Positions 41,310-54,202 of a DNA stretch of 64,000 nucleotides are shown piece by piece; position 1 is the first letter of the stretch; every line of letters begins with the position of its first letter. This stretch comes from Adineta vaga. Lineage: Eukaryota > Animalia > Rotifera. Below the pieces are notes generated by a model. That model searched no databases. It was not told the DNA's origin and saw only the letters and a program-made list of their open reading frames with translations. Position numbers and translations under genes: made by a program. The DNA lies in contig CP075495.1 in NCBI GenBank assembly GCA_021613535.1, forward strand, positions 6,510,001 to 6,574,000, in the 5' to 3' direction.

Positions 41310-43715
41310 ATCTAAAAGAGTATAAAAAAGAAATGAAGAATTTATCCAATAAAATTTTCTTAAATGAACTGTCGCATACTTTTTTCATTCGATAGGAACT
41401 CTTCAGAGAAGAACTTTCGGCGTCAGTTGGACAAGAACATCTTCATTCTGATTGAACTATCTTAGAATTTCCAATTACCTGTATGATGATCTTATCTTTG
41501 TTTCACTTGCTGATGCCTCGAATATAATATATATATATGTATTTACGTAGAGTAAGAGTAAAAGAAGGAAGAACCACCTGCAGACTATCGCGTCAGTAAA
41601 ACGAACAAGAATAAGAGAAAAAAAAGAAAGGAGCAACAGCAGGGTTAAGTAAAAAATGACGATGCAAGAAGAAGAAGAAAAAAAGAGGCAAAAGTAATGA
41701 CACACTACGATGAATGGTCTCTTGACTGGTTCGAATGAATAATGCACAAATCGCATGCGCGCACTTTCATTTGTGTCTTTTCTTTAATAGTTCCAAAGAG
41801 AAAAAAACGCAAAGAAGAAGAAGAAGAAAAAAAAGGAAAAATGAATACTGATTTCTCATTGGTTGTCAATATTTGAATGATTGGTGAATTTTTTCCTTAC
41901 TCTATATATTCTTTTTTCTATTCTTATTCTTCTAATCGATTTTTTTTTCTTTTCTCCTCTATCCAATCGAAATAACAGATGCATAATTTGAGCAATTCAT
42001 TCACCTGAAATGAAAATTTCATGTAAAATATTCTCTATTCGTTTATGATGCAAGTTGAAGAGTATTGTCATATTCATTTGTCCCTTGTTCATGCACACTT
42101 GAACACTAATCACTCAATACGACTGTTACTTGCAACGGTATGCACAACAACAACAGCATCATCATCGTCATCATTTCTGTAGGCACCCTGGTGTGTTTAA
42201 AATGAGACTAGAATGAGTGAATGTCTTTCTGTTTTTCCAATGACTATAGCATCCTAATCAAGATGACAATCATCACTATTTTTTCCAATCAGGATTAACA
42301 CACAATTGTTTTTAACAACAACTGGATCATCAATCTGATTATGATCTTTTTCTCACACCTTCAACTAAATTAAAATGAATCACTCGTGTCTTACTTTTCC
42401 TCATGTAACAAACGATATTTTATTAGAAAAACTAAGAAAGAAAAAATTTAACTTGTAAATTTCAATTAGTTCGTTTGATCTCGACGATAAGTGCATTGAA
42501 ACATCTTGTTAATAGTCGACAACGGCTAATCAAATTTTATTAAAAAGAATGACAAGAAAGAGAGAAGAAAAAGCAAACTTCTCGAGAAATGTATCGCGCT
42601 AAATGAATGCTTTTCTTGTCAGAAAACAAAGAGAATAAAAAGAATGATCGTCATTTCTTCTCGTCTCTCTTTTTTTTGTGTCTTTATATTCTCTCTGCGT
42701 GACCATATCAACACTCTGTTGTCGGCATCGAAATCAAACAAACGAAGGCAGCTGCAAAGCTTGTCATGCGCGCGTGTGTGTATGTCGATTTTACTTCAAT
42801 TTTCAAACTTGAATATCTTTCGAATGAAAAACTTGTTGTCTTTTGACTTTGATTTCATTGTATATGTGATCTTATTGAATGGTTCAATGCACATCTAATC
42901 GGTTAATATACCATGCATATAAGTACTGATTGACAACACCTTGTTAAGTAGAGATTTTTCTCAATCGAAATACAAAACAGAGTGAACTATCAAGTGGATA
43001 GCATCATTATTTTATCGACAAGGTGAATTATGAAATTGTTGATTGTATAGAGAAGGAAAAGAAATCAATGAAATTGTTTTTTTTCTCGAACAGATGACTT
43101 TTTTATTTGGAATGATTGCTTTCAATGGACAACAAATGATAAATATCTAAGATGAAGATATTGACACTTCAATAATTTGTTTGACAAAATTGACACAAAT
43201 ATGCATAAGAACAAAATCTGTAGTTTTTCAATGTATTCGAAATCAAGTCTTGTGAAATAAGGAGATACTAATGAGAAAGTTCTTTTATTATCGACATGAA
43301 GAAATACGTTCGATAGATATTGTTGATACGAATCAAAGTTAGGATATCGAGATGAACAATAGAACCTGAAATTTTGGTCGAAACTCGTGAATCACCTCTG
43401 ACAATAGTCTCAAGAGAGGATACTGTTAACTTAAAATAGGGCTGAAGAAACGTTTCTACATTTCCTTTTCCTGTATCAATTTAATTCAATTGTCTTTCAA
43501 TGCAATTTTAAAGCCTATTTTCTTAATACTAATTGTACTACAAATGGAACGATTTTATCAGATTACTTTCTAATATTCAAAGCGTAATTATACTAAATAT
43601 TATTCGTTCTTCATTTTGGTTTTTCGAATAAATTTGTACATGATTTAGAATTACAAATCTGTCGTTTATATTTCAGTTAACAACTTTTTCATTAACAAAA
43701 GATATTACAAAAATA

Positions 43716-44138
43716 TTAAAGGTTATATTTCTTTCTAAGTTCTTCACGTCTTTTTGCTCGTCTATCACGTTCAGCTTGTGTAGAACATGTTTTTGGTACA
43801 AATACTGTCTCTGGTTCATTGATAGTTGTTATTTGTTCAGTATCTTTTTCATCATCATCTAATTTTACCGTCAATTCAATAGTTCGAACATCTTCAACAG
43901 GTCGTAATGGCTGTTCCGATTTCGATGATCCACTAAATGCTCGTTTCAATTTCGAACTAAATTTTTGCTGTTGTTTTCGTTCATTTTCTAGTTGAATTTG
44001 AGTTAATTCATGATTTGGTACACGTTGCTGAATTGATAATGTACAACCTTGACCAGCGAATATACATGCAAGTAGAATACCTAATATAATAGTTAAAATA
44101 ATAATTGAAAATATTGCAAGAATAATATATGATTCCAT
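43716..44138 (-). CDS. Small single-pass membrane protein (140 aa), unknown function
   Basis: ATG at 44136-44138 shortly after an acceptor-like ttttag. N-terminal hydrophobic helix (YIILAIFSIIILTIILGILLACIF) and a charged helical C-terminus ending RREELRKKYNL. Confidence 0.7.
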   Translation of the reverse strand: MESYIILAIFSIIILTIILGILLACIFAGQGCTLSIQQRVPNHELTQIQLENERKQQQKFSSKLKRAFSGSSKSEQPLRPVEDVRTIELTVKLDDDEKDTEQITTINEPETVFVPKTCSTQAERDRRAKRREELRKKYNL

Positions 44139-44703
44139 GAGTATTGTATTCACTAAAACTTCATAATAAATAATGATACTATTGATTTACTTGTTTCGTT
44201 TTATCGAATAGCGTATAGATGCGAAAAAGAGAACATGCAATGTATGCGTCTGAGTAAATGGTTATATATAAAACTCCGAATGAAAAAGAAAAAAGAATAG
44301 ACGTAACTTTTTTTTCTTCTTTTAAATGAATCAACCGAAGAATTGATAAACATCGGTAAAGATTAGACAATCTCTATATGTAGGTATATCATGCAAGAAA
44401 TGACTCAATCATCTAACAATATATATACGATCAAATGTAATTTCTAGATCTTGTCTAGGGAAGAGTTTCGTTCATCATTTCTTTTCTTTTTTTGTATTAT
44501 TTACAGTAGTTTGACCTTTTTGTTTTACATTTGTTATTTCTATTCTGATCAATGTTGATTGCTTTGTTTTTGAAAGAAACACCTTCTTATCGAATATTAC
44601 ATATCCGTAAAGATTTGGTTATAACCAAAAGAAAAAGAAATGAATATAAAAAAAACAAAATAAGATGAAAATATAACAAGTAAGACTAAATAACAAGCAT
44701 GTT

Positions 44704-45763
<1,060 letters not shown>

Positions 45764-46116
45764 TTTATTTGATTCTACGATCTAAAACTGACTTTCATCA
45801 CAATAATTTTAGTTCCGAGAAAAAAAGGATTATTTTAAATATAACTATTCGTAGAATTTATTGGCCATAACAGCTAACAATATACAACTTTCAATGTCGT
45901 CAGTCATTTTTAGAAAAAATTCTATTCTATTCAACGAATTCGAATTCGAAAGGATAACTAGAATTGATGAGTCATGATAAGCATCAGCCATAGTAAGTAA
46001 CTATTTGTCCTCTTTCTCATTCGTTTATAACATCAACCAATGAGAATAACAAACAATCTCGAACTCTGTAACGACTTGAAAAAGTTGTTTTCTTGATCAG
46101 GTTAGATTCATTTACA
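45764..46116. promoter_or_regulatory. Probable bidirectional promoter shared by PSMD14 and IDH3B
   Basis: Only ~350 bp between divergent start codons. Contains ATGAGTCAT (45967-45975). Confidence 0.55.
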
Positions 46117-47793
46117 ATGACGTCTATCTTATTCCGACGTGTTCAACCTAATATTGTCGGTACAATATTACGTAAAAATGTGGAAGTCAGTAATATTCAT
46201 TGAAAGTAAACGATCTATTTAATTGTGTTTTTTTCTTCTATATAGCATATAAGAAATCTTTCATCAATAACCGTAAGTTATTTTTGACGAAAAAGTTTAT
46301 TATTATTTTTGTTGAATTTTTTTTTTCGAAGAGTACCGCTGAAAAGATCACTGAATCGCATAAATATCATGTTACAGTTGTACCAGGTGATGGTGTTGGA
46401 CCTGAATTAATGTTATGCGTACGAGAAGTCTTCAATGCTGTTGGTGCACCAATTGAATTCGATGAATTACTTGCCAGGTTGAATTAATATAAAAGTTGAA
46501 GATGATTATTTTTTCTTCTTATCAATTTTAGTGAATTAATGCCTGGTCGATCTTCATCTCTTGCTGATATAGTTGCTTCATTTAGACGTAATCGTGTTGG
46601 AATGAAAGGTATATTAACAGTAAGTAATCGTCCCTATTGCTTATTGAAATTGATATATATATATATATATGAATTTTTTAGACACCAGCTATCAGTGAAG
46701 GAGGTGATCTGATGTCATTGAACATGAAGATTAGGTATAGATGAAATATTCTGTTTTAGTAGTACAATGATTTTGTCTTCTTTTATTTTAGACGTGCATT
46801 AGATCTTTATGCTAATGTTGTTCGAATAAAAACTGTACCTGGTCTAAAACTTCGCCATCAAAATATTGATTTTATTGTTATTCGTGAACAAACAGAAGGA
46901 GAATATAGTGCTCTTGAACACGAAGTACAATCAATCTCTTACATACTTTAATTGACTGAAATTGTCTTTTTTTATTTTGTTTAGTCGGTTCGTGGTGTTG
47001 TCGAATCATTGAAGATCACAACATATGAAAATTCAAGACGTATCGCAAAATTTGCATTTGATTATGCCACAAAATTCAATAGAAAAAAGATCACTGCTGT
47101 TCATAAAGCAAATATTATGTCTGTTGATTGAATGAATTCAAATTGGAAACTTAGATTTGTTTATTGAAATTTAGGAAACTTGGTGATGGTCTTTTTCTTG
47201 AATCGTGTCGAGAAGTTGCAGCATTATATCCAAATATTAAATTAGAAACAATGATTGTTGATAATACATGCATGCAACTTGTTTCTAAACCACAACAATT
47301 CGATGTACTTGTTGCACCGAATCTTTATGGAAATATTGTATCTAATTTAGCAGCTGGATTAGTTGGAGGTGCAGGAATGGTTCCTGGTGAATCTTATTCG
47401 ACGGATGTTGCGATCTTTGAACCGGTATGTTTTATGAGAAGCAGAAATAGCAATTATTCGATCGAAATAATTTTTGAATAATTTCATTGAAATTTTTAGG
47501 GTGCACGACATCCATTTTTAACTGGTGCCGGTCGAAATATCGCTAACCCAACAGCCATGCTTTTATGTGGTGTTAATCTACTTCAATATCTTCACTTAGG
47601 TATTCATAATTAAAAACTTCACATTTCCTATATTTAGTTGACATACTTGTATTCTTTAGATTCTATGGCGCAGAAAATCGAACATGCTATTGCTACTGTT
47701 ATCAAACAACAACGTATTAAAACACGTGATATCGGTGGTTATGCAACACAACGAGATTTTCTTCGTAATATTCTTCAACAACTTGAATATTAG
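46117..47793 (+). CDS. IDH3B: NAD-dependent isocitrate dehydrogenase subunit beta, mitochondrial, multi-exon
   Basis: Arg-rich presequence, [42 protein letters not shown]|[15 protein letters not shown] and [22 protein letters not shown] and PGESYS favour beta over gamma. Confidence 0.9.
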
Positions 47794-48704
47794 GTCATAA
47801 CTTCTCATAATCATTTATTTTGAAAAACAACAACAAAACAACCCCGCTTTCTATTAGTAGTATTGTGTTCAGTTTTTTTCTTTTTGTCTTTTGGACAAAT
47901 ATATAAATTTATTTTTTTGTCTTTATCAATCACAAAGAAAACAAATCGTAACGTATTGTCAATTGAAGAATAATCCTTAGTCTACAAATATACATAACTT
48001 CTCAAGACTTATCTTTATTCAATGAGAATGTATCGCAGACAGACAAGATTTTTGAAACACGCATTTGCACACACTAGCAGGGGAACATAACTGCGAGTCA
48101 AAAAGGCTCGAAAACTATACGTTTAAGCACTAAGAAAGTAGAATTTTATCGTTTAATCATTGTAAAAGTGCAAATTCCTCGATAAAAACGATGTTTTCAG
48201 CGTTTTTCAAAAATCTTGGCTGCCTGGAATGTATCAAAACTTTAGTTCGTTTAGGACAAAATACTTGCCCTAAATGTCAGCATTATAGTCTGTATGTGAT
48301 TTTGTATGTATCTACAATCATTTTATTAATGATAACATATTTTACTAAACTATTTGTAGTTGAATGAAACACATCAAAATCTTACGATTAATTCAGATTT
48401 AACATTGATATCACAACAATTGTTCTCACCATCTTTCTCAACAAATAGTAATTTAATGGATAAAATTTTAGTTTCTGGTTCTATTATTTTACTTGTTGGT
48501 TTAATATTATACCCAACTCTAATGAAATGATTCTATTGCTAATATTTTTTAATCGTTTTTTTTCCATTTAATGCTATCATGAAAAACGTAAAATAAATTT
48601 CTGATAAATTGATCAATCATTGTTCGAAAAGAAACACCTAACAAAAAACAAGACACAATCTTTCGATATCTCATCAATTCGACAGCGAGCAATCAAACAA
48701 TATG

Positions 48705-49988
48705 TTAAGATTTGTTAGTGAGAAATTTCTGAATTGGTGATCCTACTAATACAAACCATGGTGGATAATAATCTGATGGTGTACACACAACTTTGTATTT
48801 AATATCATGTATAACTTCTCCGCCTGCAAAATAAGCAGTCCAAAAGCCAAACGTACCACCGGTTACGATTGAATGATGACAAAATGAAAGAGCAATCAAA
48901 TCATCAGCTGCTGAAAAATAATCTGGAAGAAGAAAGACTTTTTTTCGAGCTATTTCTTCTTGGAAAGCATTTTGACAATATGGTTTGTCATCACTAGCCA
49001 TAAGAAAACGAACATCCTGATTATGGAATCGACGTTGAAAATAGGCCATTGCACGATAAATATAAGCATCGTCAGAAGCATAACCAATACGTTTAAAATC
49101 ATAAAGACGAATATGAATACTAATCCAAGTAATATTGTAACGTGTTCGGAAAGTATGACGAAGTTCTTTTTGAGTTTTGGCAAATATTGGTAAACATGAT
49201 GGACAAATATCCATGGTAATATCCCGGAAATATGCACCCATATGCCTCAATGTCTCTAGTCGAGCACTAAATATTTCATGAATTTCTTCTCGAAAGGTAT
49301 GAAAATGTAAATAGGATTGCCAATAACCGATAAGTTCTATATTTTTAAATGCATTCGTTCGTAGTAAATCTGACTCATATGTGCAAAATGAATTTTTTTC
49401 TACGACATTAGTTAATTTCGAATATGCCTCAGATGATAACCACATATTTTCATCAATTTTTCTCATTTCAAAACTTTTTGAAAGTTCAAGAAGAATAGTA
49501 AAATGAACATGTAAACGACAATTTTTTGTACGAGCTAAACCATATGCACTTGCATACATAAACATACGATTACCGAGTCGACCACCGCTATGACGTAAGA
49601 TAACATTACAACGCATTTGTTCACATGGATTTTGTGATATACTAAGATTGTTTGATTCAGATATATTGTCACATAGTGGACCAAGAGGATCAGTTGTTGT
49701 TGTTGTTGTTGTTGTCGGAACCGTTTCATTAGTCGTTATTTGATTAGATAAAGTAGTTGTAATTATTGTCAGGGGTTTGCTGGAGGTCGCATTTGTTGTC
49801 GTCACCGTCGCCGTTTTTACTACAGCATTCATTAAAAAACTTATCTTTTCAGTATGTATTTTTGACAATGAAGAACTAGTGTACATGATGAGAAGAAGAA
49901 TAAGAAGATAAACAATTGCATAGATCAAATATTTTTTCTTAATTAATAAAAATGAATATGGTCGTTCAATACTTCCCGAATTGAACAT
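48705..49988 (-). CDS. GT11-family alpha-1,2-fucosyltransferase-like type II membrane protein, intronless
   Basis: N-terminal TM, Thr-rich stem, and motifs GRLGNRMFMYAS, GYWQSY, SIHIR, ASDD, D.IALSFCHHSIVTGGTFGFWTAY typical of GT11. Confidence 0.9.
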   Translation of the reverse strand: MFNSGSIERPYSFLLIKKKYLIYAIVYLLILLLIMYTSSSLSKIHTEKISFLMNAVVKTATVTTTNATSSKPLTIITTTLSNQITTNETVPTTTTTTTTDPLGPLCDNISESNNLSISQNPCEQMRCNVILRHSGGRLGNRMFMYASAYGLARTKNCRLHVHFTILLELSKSFEMRKIDENMWLSSEAYSKLTNVVEKNSFCTYESDLLRTNAFKNIELIGYWQSYLHFHTFREEIHEIFSARLETLRHMGAYFRDITMDICPSCLPIFAKTQKELRHTFRTRYNITWISIHIRLYDFKRIGYASDDAYIYRAMAYFQRRFHNQDVRFLMASDDKPYCQNAFQEEIARKKVFLLPDYFSAADDLIALSFCHHSIVTGGTFGFWTAYFAGGEVIHDIKYKVVCTPSDYYPPWFVLVGSPIQKFLTNKS

Positions 49989-51310
49989 TTTGTTTGATTG
50001 ACAGATAATTGTGTCAAAGTAAGTACAGAGAAAAGCAGAATTGAAATTATATTATCATATCAATAAATAAGACGATAATATTCATATTGAAAACTAAAAC
50101 AATTCAAATGACTCAGATTATTATCAAAGATTAACATGCATTGATGTTGACAATAACATTTTGAAGAGATCAACCGATGAGATATCTCTCATCTCTTATT
50201 AGATATATTTATTTCATTATTGTACAAAACGTTAGAAGATGTACACACAAAATGCGTGTTAGTCTCGTATGGCATATTGACACCAGATTTTATTTGTACA
50301 ACAATGAGAACTAACGAGGGAAGTTCAATCTGAAATAGTTTTGCAAAGATTAGTTGAGAAAAACGAGAATATAGAAAGTGCAAGAAAGTTGCAACTCATT
50401 TATAGATATTCATTTTGTCGCATAGAAACAACGTGTTTTTTTCTAGAAATCTTTCACTTTCATCGAGTTTTAAACGAGTATATCAGGATTCGTACAAAGC
50501 ATCTTATTTAGATAAATTATTAGGAATATAGATAGAGGGAAGGAACAAGTGAGATGTTACATCCTTTGCTTTTGAAAATTCACTTGTTTTATCTTCCAAG
50601 TAAAACAATAAGATTTCAGCCTGTTCATTTTTTGCAAACCTCTTTCTCTATGGTATTTTGTACATAGAAAAAAAGGATTACGTCTCATTTTCTGTTCTGA
50701 CATCCCGAGTTACACTCCGACAAGTCTCTCTTACCGTTCAAATAAAACTGATTTTTGATAATCTTTGTAACGGCATAAAATGATTCGTTTCTTCTGACTA
50801 GGTGTAAAAAATACTGCATGGATTGGTTCTTTTCTTTTTTTTGTAAGAACGATTGAAAGTTTTTTCAGTAAAGTAAACGTTTGCGACGCACATGAAGGTA
50901 AGAAAAAAGAATTATCAATAACATTGTTGAAAAGAAATAAACCGAAAAAAAGAAGGTACGAAAAGAAAATTTTTGAATTATTGTACGGTAGGTAAACAGT
51001 TTACATTCTCATCTATTAAATAGTCACCATTTGGTAACTATTTAAGAAAGAAAATAATGTTATGACACTCAATGTTGTGAAAACTAACCTAGATCATTCA
51101 CAATGTTTCGAGACGTTTCAGAAGCCTATGTTTTCTGCACATATATATGCGTTTTTAGAATTCAATTTTTTCTTTCTCGGTCATTTTGACAGATTCAAGA
51201 TAGGGTATCAATAAATTTCGTTAGTTTACTTCATATAATGTTACATAATCAATACAACATGTATCGTTTCCTTTATATAATCAATTAATATAAGAAAAGT
51301 TTTACAATGT

Positions 51311-51589
51311 TTATGATAAAGTTTTGGGACGAACATTTAATCGATAAAGAAGAATAGCAATAATAATAGTAGCTAAGACGCTATAAAATATGAACCATTG
51401 TCGCATACTATGTTTAAATGATTGTTGTTCTTCAGCACGCGTTAATTTTCTTTTTCTAAGATCATGATGGTATTTTTGTTGCTGTAGTTGACGATTTTGT
51501 TTGACAAAATGTAATTTACCATCACGCCAATAGAATCGATTTCTATGCGATCGAAATATTGAAAACATCATATAAAAAACCCAGAACAT
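51311..51589 (-). CDS. Putative 92-aa membrane microprotein
   Basis: ATG in gaaaaATG context, basic middle region, C-terminal TM (WFIFYSVLATIIIAILLY). Upstream GT-AG intron-like segments suggest a spliced 5'UTR. No family recognised. Confidence 0.5.
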   Translation of the reverse strand: MFWVFYMMFSIFRSHRNRFYWRDGKLHFVKQNRQLQQQKYHHDLRKRKLTRAEEQQSFKHSMRQWFIFYSVLATIIIAILLYRLNVRPKTLS

Positions 51590-52233
51590 TTTTCTATTCT
51601 CGACGTAAAAAAACGATGGTAATAGACGATCTATGTGTTCAGAAAAAGAAATAATAAAAAAGCAGTTACTATTAAATATATTTTTTTTTCTCCTTTTTTT
51701 TCTCCTGTCTCTTGACGACGATAGTGAGAAGGGAAATTCTCTGGCGATGAATAGTAAGTAAAATATTGACTGTTTTTTTTTCTCTTACTTACAATGATGG
51801 AATACAAAATTATCATTTTTCTTGCCATTGTTCGATAACTTGAAGAAAAGACTGATGAGGAACACAATTTTTTATATGCGAATATTTGAAATATCTGAAT
51901 GCTTATTGTGAGAGTAGAGGACGCTAAGAAAATAACTTGTGCACTAAAAATTGGTTATAATTTGAAGAAAACTATAATATTTACTATCCATTAGAAAAAT
52001 TCGGCGCTCTCCTATATAACTCTTTCTGTTCTTCTTCTTCTTCTTCTTCCTTTCATTGTCTAAGTTAGTTCTATTATTTCAGTAGCTCAGTGTGTTACTT
52101 TTCTGTGTGTATTGTCTTTATGTGTTTCTGTTCAATTGAACAATTACAATATCTTTGAAGAAGTCTTGTTCATGTTTGGTAAATAAATATAATTCTTTTA
52201 TCAAACAGTATAAAATACTTGTACTCAGATATT

Positions 52234-54101
52234 ATGTCATCTTATCGAGTGTTAACTGAAAAGCCGGATGCTGATGCTATTGAAATGTTTTGTGGACAAA
52301 TTCCACGTACAATGTCTGAAAATGAATTACGCATTTTCTTTGAACAGTATGGACGTATCTATAAATTAAATATTTTACGTGATAAACAAAATGGTGAATC
52401 TAAAGGTTGTTGTTTTATTACTTATTATACACGTAAAGATGCAATTCATGCTCAAAATCTTTTACATAATCTAATGATTTTACCTGGAATGCATTATCCG
52501 ATACAAATAAAACCAGCTGATATTGAAAATCGTAATGAAAGAAAAATTTTCATTGGTATGATTTCAAAATCATGTCATGAAGAAGATATCAAACAGTTAT
52601 TTAAATTATTTGGTTCTATTGAAGAATGTACTGGTGTGTAAAAACGTTCTACGGAGATTAAATCTCAAATTTTTCTTTTATTTTGAAGTTCTTCGTGATA
52701 CAAATAATCGTTCTCGTGGTTGTGCTTTTGTTACGTATCAAAAACGACAATCAGCATTGAATGCAATACGAACAATGCATCATTCATGTACTATGGATGG
52801 TTGTTTATCACCTATTAATGTTCGTTTTGCTGATACAACAAAAGATAAAGAAGCAAGAAAAATGCAACCAAAATTCGATGAAAATCTTTTTCAAAATATC
52901 ACTACAAATTCATTACCTGAAACTAATGATAACTTAAGTTCCTTCAACGTACTGCTCTTCAATCAACTTTGTTCGAATGCAATTCCACATGTCAATGATC
53001 TATCTTGTGGAGATAATAATACAAATCATTCATTTCCTCTTTCAAATATTCTAAAAGTAAAATCGAATTATAATGAACAAAATAAAATATTATCTTCATT
53101 TGCACCTTTAACTACGGAAGTATTATGCCATACATTACTTTCAGGAGATCAGGAAAAAACATCATATTATTTGTTTTATAGTGGAAAAGTGTTGACGGAA
53201 TTGAAGAAACTCCTTTACGTTCATTTGACAATTCAGTCAACAAAGCAACTGGAGAAGGCAATGAAGTAACTATCAACACATCTTTATTATGTGCTGATGA
53301 TCAAAGTACAAAACAACAGCATATGACCAACGTCAAAGGTTTGACATGTATAGATATTGTTAGCGTATCGGTTTCTTTTTCACCGCAAATGTTTCTCATG
53401 ATACTGGGCTATAAAAGTTTTGATATACTACGTCATCAGTTGCTTTTTCCTATATTTTACAGATGATCTTTCAACATCAACTAATTTCTTTCCTAATTCT
53501 GACATACATACACATACATACCCAAGTGCAACAGATGATGATCTTCGTCTATTGGACAGTTTCCTATCGTTAACTACAAAGGAAATTGTACATCTCTCTA
53601 ATCTTTCATCTGTTGATGATATCAATTTTCAATCATCGAATAATCTAAATAATAATAATTCTCAATTAATAATACATTCCAATGATGAAAAACAAATCAT
53701 TGGACCTGTGGGTTCAAATCTGTAAGTAAATTCTGTTCTATTCAATGATTATAACAAAAAATCTCCTGTTCCTTTCCCTTTAGTTTTATCTATCATCTTC
53801 CATCAGAATTTACTGATCATGACTTAGCTGAAATATTTTCACCATTTGGTAATATTCTTTCAGCTAAAGTAAATTATAAATTCTTTTGAAAATTTATCAA
53901 TCAACTAAATTTTATTCTTTCACAATTAAAATTTAAAAAAAAAAGGTCTTTATCGATAAAATTACAAATCGAAGTAAATGTTTTGGCTTTATTTCCTACG
54001 ATAATATCTATTCTGCTCATCAAGCAATTAAACAAATGAATGGTTTTCACATTGGTTTCAAACGTTTGAAAGTGCAATTGAAAAAACCACGTCTACAATA
54101 A
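52234..54101 (+). CDS. CELF: CELF/Bruno-like RNA-binding protein (3 RRMs), divergent
   Basis: RRM1 [33 protein letters not shown]2 [16 protein letters not shown]|[13 protein letters not shown]3 GPVGSNL|FIYHLP.EF.D.DL...SAK|[18 protein letters not shown]...KRLKVQLKK. Confidence 0.92.
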
Positions 54102-54202
54102 ATCTTTCATTTTCATCGAAAAAAAAACAACACACACACATGCACGCACACATAGATGAGAAATGTTTTAAAATTCAAATATAGGCACTAGTTTTTGTTT
54201 TA

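Noticed and set aside
41310-43700. Long non-coding region upstream of Fezf with single CSL-like (TTCTCACA ~42350), homeodomain and E-box motifs
   Set aside because: Short motifs are expected by chance and cannot be supported without conservation data.
48060-48300. Compositionally distinct stretch resembling a transposon relic
   Set aside because: No terminal inverted repeats, target-site duplication or second copy found in the window.
53930-53945. CELF acceptor preceded by an A-run instead of pyrimidines
   Set aside because: Still a canonical AG that restores RRM3, and other AAG acceptors occur in this window.
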